Origin: the human T2T-CHM13v2.0 reference genome, Homo sapiens
Direction of reading: 5' to 3'
DNA length: 64,000 nt
NCBI GenBank assembly: GCA_009914755.4
Contig: CP086569.2
Location: 8,448,001 to 8,512,000 of the forward strand
The position numbers and the translations under genes were made by a program. Below, in pieces: positions 26,401 through 37,892 of this stretch. Positions within the stretch are counted from its first letter, which is position 1. Every line of letters starts with the position of its first letter. The notes beneath the pieces were generated by a model that was given only the letters and a program-made list of their open reading frames with translations, was not told the origin of the DNA and ran no database searches.

Positions 26401-29400
26401 CCTCAATATATTATTTTATAATGAATATCTAAACATGTATATCAATCCTAGTATAATACCTGGCAAACTCAATGTGCTCAACAACTGATAGCCCTATTAT
26501 TATGAGCAAGAGCAACATTTATAAAATTATTTATTAATCTGTAAAACAGGAAGACTAGAACTTGACTCATAGGGTTGTCATTGGTATTAAATGAAATATC
26601 AAAAGCAAAGTATTCAACATAGTATGTGTCACATATGCAGACAATCAATGGTAGCTTATATTGTAATTATTTTCAATTGCATCTTAGGATTCACTTTTTC
26701 TAACAGTGACTGAAATCTGGTCTCAAATTTAAGTAAAGATGAGGACTTACTGGTGCAAGTAATTTAACAATGAAGGAATATATCTTGCTTCTGGTGTACC
26801 TAAATAAAGGCTATTAAATGATATCTTCAGAATCACTCCCACCATGTACTCTGCTCCTCTTTGTTGACTCCATTATCAAGTAGTTCCAAAGTAGCTTTCA
26901 TCAGTTCCCACGTCTACATACTCCAACATGTTTTTCTGGTGGGAAAGAACAAAAATATTTATCCAACCATTACCATCTTAATGTCACAAGATTCATGTGA
27001 TTTTATTGAGTTAGGTTAGGTGCTCACCTCTGTATCAATCAGTTGGGCCAGAGAAATATGATGCCCATGTTGACATGCATCCTGAGTAACATGCAAATAT
27101 CTAGTATGTTATTAGTAAGCTATATATACTCATTCTCAAGGAGGTAGTTCCTTGATCTATGTAATTTGGTTATTCCATTGTAGTTCCCATACCAATAGTT
27201 CACCTTCATCCATGCATTATCTCATTTTTCTGTTGATAGCACAGCAAAGTACAATTTAGCACAAAGGAATTGAACAAAATTGTTACTTAACATACTAACA
27301 ATATCAACCTATTCACTGTAATTAGCATTTCTGTGATACATCCTTACATTGTGTAATCATCTGTCTTGAACACCAAAAGAAGATGAAAGAATTATTCTTG
27401 CCTTCAAAGGAATCCAAGCTCATAACACAAGAGACAGATATTTTAAATATTTAGGTGAATGTGAGCAATAAGATAGAGCCATCCCAAAGTGCTCTGGAAA
27501 TGCAGAAGATATTATTTCTGAATGAGACTGAACAAAGGCAAAAACTTGAGACAGCTAGAAAATTTAATGAGAACAGTTGAGAAAGCTGTTGGTTTAAGGC
27601 ATTAACACTGTAGTTTTCCAAGGTAGGCCTGGGTGTATTATGAGGAAGTTATTCTAGATTCAGGGAGCACATAGTTTGCAGATGAATGAGTGTATGCTTT
27701 CTTTTTATTTTTCTCAAGACACTTTTTTCCTTCCCTTTTCTGCCTCTTGATAAATGAAATCCCATTATCTTTATAAATTTCCAGAGACAATTCCTCACTT
27801 AATCCCACCCCCAGGACCTACTCTCAGGATTAAATTGGGTTAGGTAGCAACATTCATTCATTCAGTCTATCAGTCAGTGGGCTCCTATTTGGTGTCAGTT
27901 GTGTGCCAGCCACATTAGGGAATAAAAGTTTAGTTAACATATATATTTTTTGCCTGAAATTTAAGGTGTATCCATTTTGCTTAAGGAGACAGATATGTTA
28001 CCAACTTAAAAGTATAATTTGAGCAATGCTGTACTGAGACATGTGGAAAGCATTTAGAGATATCAGAAGGAAAAATAACTAGTACTGCCTGGTGCAAGGT
28101 GCAGATGGATAGTTGATTAGAAAGGTTTTCACTGAGGAGATGGCCTTTGAACTGGACTGCTAAGCAAAGGAGGAAGTCTATACAAATGAAGGGAGGCATA
28201 AAAAAAAAACACTTGGGAAGTACCTAAGGATTGGGCGGTAGCTTGGTATGTCTGGTATGTGTATAGCTTCAAGGGAGAAAGTGTCACGAGATAAGGCCAT
28301 AAAGGTGTGCAAGCACGAGGTCAGGAAGGATCGTAGAGATATGGTATTATCACATAAGTGAAGGTAATGCAGGGTATCAGAGGAGGGAAAAGAAAAGATT
28401 CAATCCAGGCTGTTGCCTAATCATTAAACATAACTACAAAGAGTAATTACAAGTTTTGGAATGGAAGGCTGTAACATGCTACAGAGGCCCTGTTTTAGAA
28501 AATTCTAATGAACCCAATGCAAACAAAAATTAAATACAATAAATAAGTAAATAATATTTCATCTTAAGAGAACATATTTCCTTGAAATTGAGATCTCTTC
28601 TGGTATGATATGGAATTCTATTTATAATAAATCATCATTATATTTTCTCCAGAAGTATTTCCATTGGTCTCCACCAAAGGCTAGTTGTTTGCTTGGGCCA
28701 AATATGTTAATCTGAAGACAATTGGCTACATAGCTGAAATGCATTGCTGGACATGTTCAATATTTGAAGAGAAATGCAAAGGTGACCCAGCTATGTACTC
28801 ATAATATACCAGAGCCTAACTTTAGCAGTAAACCTTGTGATTCCTATTGAAATATCACCACACAGGTAGAAGGAAACAACAACTGAAAGACTTTGTAATG
28901 CTTGAATAAGTAAATCCATTAGATTAAATCCAAAAGCCCATTTATTCTGAATTATATGGCATGGTGGCAGACAATATTAGCAAATATCAGGTTTATATTA
29001 AAATTGTGATGACCTCGTGCTTTTTCTTTAGGAAGTTTACAAATATTGGTATTCAAAAAGTAGTTTTTGGACTTGCATTTCTGAAGTTATTGAAAAGGCT
29101 AACATAATGCCATTTCAATCATTTAGTTTTTCTAATTGACTTTGCAGTTACATCTTCTTAAGTGTTTATTTCTAACACAACCACAGTCCTCTTCCTTTTA
29201 AGCTTTCAGTGCTGAGGGCAAAACTTCTGTTAATCACAAACAAAACTCTGAAAATGCCATTGTGTTATCACCCAGGAACACAGACAATAAAATTAATCAT
29301 CACTCCCAATGCATTTCCATTTGCTAACACAGTGAAATCACCAACCACAACTTCATTCCCCTGAGGTTTCCATAGAAAGTTTTCATATCTTATTCCAGTG

Positions 29401-30056
29401 AATCAGACAAAAGCTCTAGGTGTCTATTTATCATGAGGACAGTTTTTAAATTTAAATTGCAAAATGCAGCCACGTGATCACCTATACAACCATGGAAATT
29501 TGGTTTCCTAATCTGGGGAGTAGGTCTGAGTTTGTAGATATTGCTAAAAATTTCCAACCAAGTGTATGGAATTGTTGCTTAGATAATAAATATTTGGATA
29601 AGTTGGACACAAAAGAGGGGCTAATACACAAGGAAAGTGACCTATATCATTTGAAAATATATACTTTTCTCTAATATTCTATTCATTTTGGGAAAATAAT
29701 TCCTTTTGCAAAGAGATTTCCAATGCTCTTGGTTTTGTGGGTACTCTGCATTTGTGTGTATAATAGACAACTGGGCAAATCTTACCCCAAGTTTACCTTT
29801 CCTGGCTTCCCTATTTCTACTTATGATCACTATTGAATCTTGAACATGGAAGGAATCATGGGAGCTATTATTCATTTGGCAATTTTTTACATGCTTATTG
29901 AATATCTGTTATAGATTATGCTCTATTTTAGGCACTGAGGATTTACACATATTCTTGGGAAACTCTTCAGGGTGCAAATAATACACAACTAAATGAGTGA
30001 GATAAGCTCAGATGGTAATGGTTGCTATAATGAAAACTGTTCAGGGAGATATTTAA

Positions 30057-30502
<446 letters not shown>

Positions 30503-31896
30503 GACAATTTTTGATAAATGAAGAATTATCTTTACCTTACAATTTTAAAGTATTTTCATATTTAGTGTCCATCTATATTTTAAGTGATATTTTCAAATTT
30601 TCTATGAGGGTAATCATATTTTAGTAGAAAGGGATTTTTTTGCCTTCAGGATATTAACCATTTGTTACTGGTATTGCAAATACTTTCCTATTTAGTTATT
30701 TATACTGTGACTAATTTTGTTCTTTTTTAAATAAAGATTATATGTTATATGTAACTCTATTAATTTTTTATGTTTCTTAACTTTCATTATATGCTTAGAA
30801 ATAACCTCTCTACCTAAAGATATTTAGTGGTTAAGTCTCTAGTAATTATTTATGTTAACACTTCATCTTTGATTTAATGTTTTTAAGTATTTGATGTATC
30901 TTTGCATTTATTTAAGAAACCATTTTAGTTTTTAGAATATGGTTAACCAATAATCACAATGAAATTAAATAATTCAGTCTCTCTGCTATTTTAAATGCTG
31001 CCTTATTGTATACTAAATTACACGTTCTTGAGTCCAAATCCAGACTTTGCACTGTGTTCCTTTCAGCTATTGTTCTGTGCCAATACTAACAGTTTTGCTT
31101 TTTTCTATCTTTATAATTCTATTGATATACGTTGGGACCAGTCTTCCCTCACTTTTCTTTATCAAAAGTATTTTAATATCACCTATTATTCCAGATATAT
31201 CTTTGAGTTCTTTTGCCAGTTCACTTTTAAATAACATTTTGATTGGAACACAATAAACGTTATAATTTTACTTACATAAGATATACATTTAACTTTGATT
31301 ATTTCAAAATACATTTTGTTGTTGTTTATGATAATAAATGTGCCAACTTTTTAAGATACTGAACCTGTGATTAGTTCTAATAAGACATAGAATGAATTTT
31401 CTCAGATTTTCTGGGTATATAACAATGTAATTTACAGATAATTAAATACCTTAAAAGGAATTGCAAATTGTTATTACATGTATGTGTATATTCATTTGTT
31501 TATTTATAGGAGCTAGAGCTCATATGTTTTAAAATAGCTGCTGTGATACTCTACATCTCTTAATCTCAGCTTTCTGTAAAATTGTGAGACAGTTACTTAC
31601 CACAAAAGGTGGTTTTGAGCATCAAAGAATCACATTAGTTCTTTTAGACAAAATGCTTAAAACAGTGCCTATCACATAGTAAGCACTATAAAGTGTTTTT
31701 GTTGCTGATATCATTATTAATATTATTTTATTGGCTGCAATTTCAAAATAAAAGATAACCGTGGTGTGAGTAAACATCTTTATTTTGCTCTTTATCTTAT
31801 GGATGATACACTTTAGAGGTTTATTTTTATATTATGAATCATTTAAACTTATTTAGACATTTGGACATTTTGACATTGTGTAACTTAAGTTTGATA

Positions 31897-32082
31897 TGCA
31901 TATTAGTCTGTTCTCATGCTGCTAATAAAGATATAACCAAGACTGTTTAATTTATAAAGGAAATAGGTTTCATTGACTCCCAGTTCAGCATGGCTGCAAA
32001 AGCCCCAGGAAACTTAAAAATCATAACAGAAGAGGAAGCAAACACATCCTTCTTCACATGGCAGCAGGAAGAAAAATGAGTG
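31897..32082 (-). mobile_element. Older MaLR (MST/THE1-like) LTR, 3' portion, one half of a split solo LTR
   Basis: tattagtctgttctcatgctgctaataaagatataaccaagactgtttaatttataaaggaaataggtttcattgactcccagttcagcatggctgcaaaagccccaggaaacttaaaaatcataacagaagaggaagcaaacacatccttcttcacatggcagcagg is the reverse complement of a MaLR LTR 3' half. Its other half is at 33904-34095. Confidence 0.65.
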
Positions 32083-33903
32083 TTGTGTTAGTCCATTTTC
32101 ATGCTGCTGACAAAGGCATACCTGAGCCTGGACAATTTTACTATAAAAATAAGTTTATTTACTTACAGTTCCACATGGCTAGGGAGGCATCACGATCATG
32201 GCAGAGGGCAAGGAGGAGCAAGTCACATCTTATGTGAATGGTTTCAGACAAGAAGAGAGCTTATGCAGGGAAACTCCACCTTATAAAGCCTGCAGATCTC
32301 ATGAGATTTATTCACTATCAAGAGAACAACAAGGGAAAGACCTGCCCCCATGATTTAGTTACCTTCCACCGGGAACCTCCCACCATATGTGGGAGTTCAA
32401 GATGAGATTTAGGTGGGAACAAGGCCAAACCATATCATTATGCCCCTGGCCCTTCCCAAATCTCATGTCTTCACATTTCAAAACCAATCATGCCTTCCCA
32501 ACAGTCCCCCAAAGTCTTAACTCATTTCAGCATTAACTCAAAAGTCCACAGTCCAAAGTCTCATCTGAGACAAGACTACTCTCTTTCACCTATGAGCCTG
32601 TAAAATCAAAAGCAAGTTAGTTACTTCCTGGACACAATGGAAGTACAGGAATTTGGTAAATACAACCATTCCAAATGGGAAAAATTAGCCCAAACAAGGA
32701 CCTACAGGCCCCACGCAAGTCTAAAATCAAGTGGGGGAGTCAAATATTAAAGCTCCAAAATGATCTCCTTTGACCCCATGACTTGCATCTGAGTCACACT
32801 GATGCAAGAGGTGGGTTCTCCTGGTCTTGGGCAGCTCCACCCCTATGGCTTTGCAGTTTATAGTCCCCCTCATAGCTGCTTTCACGGCTGATATTGAGTG
32901 TCTGTGGCTTTTCCAGGCACACGGTTCAAGCTGTAGGTGGACCTACCATTCTGAGGTCTGGAGGATGGTGCACTTCTTTTCACAGCTCCACTAAGTGGTG
33001 TTCCAGTAGGGACTCTGTGTTGGGGCTGCAACCTCACATTTTCCTTCCACACTGTCTTTCTCTTCTATAGTATTGTCAGGCTGTAAATTTTTCAACATTT
33101 TTTGCTCTCCTTCCCTTATAAAACTGAATGCCTTTATCAGCACCCAAGTCACCTCTTGAATGTGTTGCTGCTTAGAAATGTCTTCTGACAGATACCCAAA
33201 ATCATCTCTCTCTAGTTCAAAGTTCCCCAAATTTCTAAGGAAGGGGCAAAATGTCACCAGTGTCTTTGCTAAAATGAAACAAGAGTCACCTTTGCTCCAG
33301 TTCTCAACAAGTTCCTCATCTCCATCTGAGACTTCCTCAGCCTTGATTTCATTGTCCATATCATTGTCAGCATTTTAGCCAAAGGCATTCAGCAAGTCTC
33401 TTGGAAGTTCCAAACTTGCCTATACTTTCCTGTCTTCTTCTGAGCCCTCCAAACTGTTCCAATCTCTTCCTGTTACTCAGTTCCAAAGTCACTTCAAATT
33501 TTGGGGGATATTTTCAGCAATACCCCACTCTAGAGCTGGGGTATTTACTATATTCATTTGTTTTCATGCTGCTGATAAAGACATATCTGAGTCTGGGCAA
33601 TATTATGAAAGAAAGTGGTTTACTGCACTTACATTTCCAGATGGCTGGGAAAACATCAAAATCATGGCAGAAGACAAGGAAGAGCTCATCACATCTCACA
33701 TGAATGGTGGCAGCCAAAAAGAGAGCTTGTGCAGGGAAACTCTGCCTTATGAAGCCATCAGATTTCATGAGACTTACTCACTATTAAGAGAACAGCATGG
33801 CAAAGGCCTGCCCTTATGATTTAATTACCTCTCACTGAGTACCTCCCACAGCATGTGGGAATTTAAGATGAGATTTGGGTAGGGACACACCCAAACCATA
33901 TCA
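32083..33903 (-). mobile_element. Full-length THE1/MST-class ERVL-MaLR element (LTR-internal-LTR), antisense, nested in an older MaLR LTR
   Basis: LTRs at 32083-32437 and 33541-33903 both read as reverse-complemented THE1/MST LTR: (tgttgtg)ttagtccattttcatgctgctga.aagacata.ctgag.ctgg.caat......gatgagatttgggt.ggaacacagccaaaccatatca. The 1.1-kb internal segment matches the MaLR internal region, as I remember it. The 122-aa antisense ORF inside it (32991-33359) is not a gene. Confidence 0.75.
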
Positions 33904-34095
33904 ATGTCCATCAAAGGGCAAAGACCCTTGTAAAACCATCAAATCTTTTGAGAACTAACTCCTTATCATGAGAACAATATAGGGGAACCTGCCCCCATAA
34001 TTTAATTATCACCACCTGTTTTTTCCATGACACATGGGGATTATGGGAAGTACAATTTAAGATGAGATTTGGGTGGGAACACAGCCAAATTGTAT
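33904..34095 (-). mobile_element. Older MaLR LTR, 5' portion, the other half of the split solo LTR
   Basis: ...aaaaccatcaaatcttttgagaactaactccttatcatgagaacaatataggggaacctgcccccataatttaattatcaccacc...catggggattatgggaagtacaatttaagatgagatttgggtgggaacacagccaaattgtat is the reverse complement of a MaLR LTR 5' half. Confidence 0.65.
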
Positions 34096-34176
34096 TATTA
34101 TGTATCACTAAAAAGCAACATTTAAAAAATAAACTGCAAAATTATTAAGATAGCAAACAAAAGTAATATCTTCTAA

Positions 34177-34433
34177 GGCCAGGCACAGTGGATCATGCCT
34201 GTAATCTCAATGCTTTTGATACCAAGATGGGCGGATACCCTGATCCCAGGATTTCAAGACCAGTCTGTGAAACATGGTGAAATCCCATCTCTACAAAAAG
34301 TACGTACAAAAAAATAGCTACTCTGGAGGTTGAGGTGAAAGATCTTTTGAGCCCAGGAGGCGGAGGTTGTGGTGAGTTGAGATCGTGCCATGGTACTCCA
34401 GCGTAGGTGACAGAGTGAGGGAGAAAAAAAAAA
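34177..34433 (+). mobile_element. Alu SINE (older, AluJ/S-like), sense
   Basis: ggccaggcacagtggatcatgcctgtaatctcaatgc...gagcccaggaggcggaggttgtggtgagttgagatcgtgccatggtactccagcgtaggtgacagagtgagg plus poly-A. CpG-depleted. Confidence 0.9.
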
Positions 34434-35797
34434 TTCTATTATTATTGTATTCATATTTAAATTTGGCTGAGCTCTTTTTCTTGGCTGGTTCATTGAAACA
34501 TACATCTCATCAAGAATTAAGCATATCACTTAGTCACTGCATCTCAAATCTCAATCTGGAGTAGTTTCTACCTTTATATTAATGATATTGAAAAAAGGTT
34601 GCCATCTTCTGAAATTGTGTGCTTGTTTACTTATGGTGTAATTTACTTTCTTCTGATATCATTGTATTTTCTGTAAACTGGTACTTGAATCTGAAGGCTT
34701 GATTGAATTACAGTTACAAATATTTTGTGAAAGAGCACTCTATACAACATTATGTGTCACATCTGGTCCTCTGGGAAGCAGATGTCGAGACATAATTAGA
34801 TGTGCAAAAGATTTATTGAGAAAAATGCCTGGGATGATAGAGGGGAGAGGGAGCAAGAGGTTTTATGATCTTCACCAAAGTTCTGAAAACTCTAAAAAGG
34901 TAAAATTATTTAGGATTTGTATCCCATTCTCCTTCAGGTCTTCACCTGCTCCCATTTCCCCTCAGAAAACCTTATTTGTAAATTTGAAATTCTCTGAGTT
35001 TTTGAGTGGGCTATGATTTTTGTCATTTCTAATAGTTACACATGCTATTCATTCCCTTGCTTGGAATATTCTTTCCATCGTAGTCAATGTGAACTCTTAA
35101 TTACACTATAAAGATAACTTAAATATCATCTCCTGCAGCAAGTTCACCTTCACTTATGTGGAAACTGGTTGACTGATTCTTTCTTTAAATTTCTGTAAAT
35201 CCTCATATGTTGTCTAGAACAGTGCTAACCTTATGGTTTATCACAAATTATATATGTGTTTGTTTCCTCATTTCACTGTGGGTTAGGAGGACTACAAATA
35301 TGCTATTTCATCTGTGCATTATTAGTGGTTAGTACAGAGATTGGTCAATATTAGCTGTTCAAAAGAATTAGTAAATAATTCCTCAATGAAGTGTAGTTTC
35401 AAAGCCAGTTTCTCTACTATCTTGCACTCTGATTCAATATTCATCTTTCAAACTATCATCGAAAATGCATTTTAGGAAAAATAAAACACTTAGTGGTTAC
35501 ACTCAAGGGCTCTGAAGCCAAATACGTGGAGTTAAAATCCTATGTAAGCCACTTATTTTGTGACCCTAATCACCTTGGCCTTATTTTCTGCACCTGTGAA
35601 ATAATAATTAGCTTATGAATTTTATATGATTGCTTCAAGGATTAAACGACACAATAGGTGAACATTCAATCAACATTAGTTACCATTTCTGAACATTGTA
35701 TCTCATTATAAAATCTTTCTATTTACCTACCACTTCCACACGTGCATCACATGCTCCAGCTACATTAAAGTCACTGATGTGAATAATTCTATGAGCT

Positions 35798-36090
35798 GGC
35801 TGGGCACAGTGGCTCATGCCTGTAATCCCAGCATTTTGGGAGGCCAATGTGAGTAGATCATAAGGTCAGGAGTTCAAGACCAGCCTGACCACCATGATGA
35901 AACCCCATCTCTACTAAAAATACAGAAATTAGCTTGGCATGGTGGTGCATGCTTGTAATCACAGCTACTCGGGAGGACGAGTCAGGAGAATTGCTTGAAC
36001 CCAGGAGGTGGGTGTTGCAGTGAACTGAGATCACACTTACTGCACTCCAGCCTGAGTGACAGAGTGAGACTCTGTCTCAAAAAAAAAAAA
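35798..36090 (+). mobile_element. Alu SINE, sense, full length
   Basis: ggctgggcacagtggctcatgcctgtaatcccagcattttgggaggcc...gcactccagcctgagtgacagagtgagactctgtctcaaaaaaaaaaaa. Confidence 0.92.
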
Positions 36091-37342
36091 TCAATTAGCT
36101 TGTAATTATTTACTATGTTCAATGCACAATTTAATTGACTGAGCACATATTTTGAATCACGCACTGTTCTAGATATTAGAAATAGGGCAGTGAACAAACA
36201 AATTTTTTTTCCCTCACGTGGCTTATATTCTAGGGAGAGGAGGCAGGCAATAAGCAAAAATAAATACGCTAAATATGTACTATGTGTGGTAGTACACAAT
36301 GAAATGGAGACATAATGTAGAGTGTGGTGGTTCAGGGAATGCTGAGGAGATGTTGTTTTAAATAGAGTTCAAGTAAAACCTCACTGAAAAGGTGATGTTT
36401 GAGAAAAAACTGAAGAAGATGAGGGAGCAAGTCATGTAGATATTTGAGGGAAAGCAGTTAAAAAAATAATTAACTTCTTTTTATTCAGAAGCAAGTCGGA
36501 ATTCTTGAGGCAGAAATGTGCTTGGCATATGCAAAGAATCATGGAGAGGCCATACTGACCAAAGAAGAATAAGAAACGGGCACAATAATGGAGACTAAAG
36601 TCACAGAGGTAGCAGGTTCTAAATGACACAAAGTGTGTTTTTTTGCTTTGAGCAAACTGGAAAGGCATTGCCAGTTTTGAGTGAACAACTGATGTGATGA
36701 ATTATTAAAAGGTTATTCTAGAAGCTGTGTGTAGAGTAAATTGTGGATTGATAAGGATGGTAGCAGAAATATCAAGTAGGAGTCTATTCCAGTAATCCAT
36801 ATGAGGGATGGTGATGATTCAGTCTAGACTTGTAATGGTAGAGATGGTGAGAAGTGGGCCAATTTGGAAAGTATCTTAAGGATCATACAGGATTTGCTGA
36901 TGCATTGCATTTGGAGTATGATAAAAGGAGAGGAGTCGGGCATAATAATAATAATAACAATAATAGCTAATACATTTTCATTTAATACATACTCAACACT
37001 ATCAATTTTTTAATAAGTATTAGCTAATTTAGTTTTCAGAAACAATGAAGAAATAATTTCTGGCACATATGAGTACTCAATATTTACTAACTGAGGGACA
37101 GAGAGGATAACTAGCTTATCCATGCCATGCAGCTAGTAAATAGTGGATCCAAGATTCAAACTGAGACAGTGTAGTGACAGAATCCATGATTTTAAGTACT
37201 GCATGATGGATGGATGCCTTGAAAGAATGTTAGGGCCAGGGTCTGTGTTCCAGAGAATAAAGGAGACCATTCTTTGTGTGAGCTCAGGAGCCAAGAGCAG
37301 GAGTGCTGCTAAGAGTCCCATGGAGATACCTACTACTGAAAG

Positions 37343-37871
37343 GTAAAGCCAGCTGGACTTCCTGGGTTGAGTGGAGACTTGGAGAACTTTTCTGTCTAGC
37401 TAGAGGATTGTAAATGTACCAGTCAGCACTCTCTGTCGAGCTAAAGGATTGTAATGCTCCAGTCACTACTCTGTGAAAACACACTAATCAGCACTCTGTG
37501 TCTAGCTAAAGGATTGTAAATGCATCAGTTAGCACTCTGTAAAAATGCACCAATCAGTGCTCTGAGTCTAGCTAAAGTATTGTAAATGCACCAATCAGTG
37601 CTCTGTAAAATGGACCAATCAGCAGGATGTTGGCAGGGTCAAATTAGGGAACAAAAGCCGGTCAGCCCAGCCAGCAGCAGCAACCCACTTGGGTCCCCTT
37701 CCACACTGTGGAAGCTTTGTTCTTTTGCTGTTTACAATAAATCTTGCTGCTGCTCACTCTTTGGGTCTATGCCACATTTAAGAGCTGTAACACTCACTGT
37801 GAAGGTCCACAGCTTCATTATTGAAGTCAGCAAGACCAAGAACCCACCAGAAAGAACCAACTCCAGACACA
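37343..37871 (+). mobile_element. LTR12-family LTR (ERV9 LTR), acting as 5' LTR of a deleted provirus
   Basis: U3 carries tandem about 40-bp repeats: gtaaatgcaccaatcagtgctct appears twice and gaccaatcagcagg once, plus degenerate copies. Then aataaatcttgctgctgctcactctttgggtc...gagctgtaacactcactgtgaaggtccacagcttcattattgaagtcagcaagaccaagaacccaccagaaagaaccaactccagacaca, the LTR12 R/U5, as I remember it. Confidence 0.8.
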
Positions 37872-37874
37872 TCT

Positions 37875-37892
37875 TGGTGACCAAGATGGGAC
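37875..37892 (+). promoter_or_regulatory. Primer-binding site complementary to the tRNA-Arg 3' end (ERV9-type)
   Basis: tggtgaccaagatgggac against the tRNA-Arg PBS TGGCGACCACGAAGGGAC gives 15 of 18 identities. It starts 3 nt after the LTR's terminal aca. Confidence 0.65.

Noticed and set aside
27840-27930. cattcattcagtctatcagtcagtgggctcctatttggtgtcagttgtgtgccagccacattagggaat, resembling the widespread cattcattcaacaaatatttattgagcacctactatgtgccaggcactg motif
   Set aside because: Only a short, diverged match to a motif shared by several ancient SINE/MER families. Insufficient to annotate.
32991-33359. 122-aa acidic ORF on the minus strand
   Set aside because: Sits inside the internal region of the THE1/MST MaLR element, which has no functional coding capacity. 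Composition is driven by the repeat consensus.
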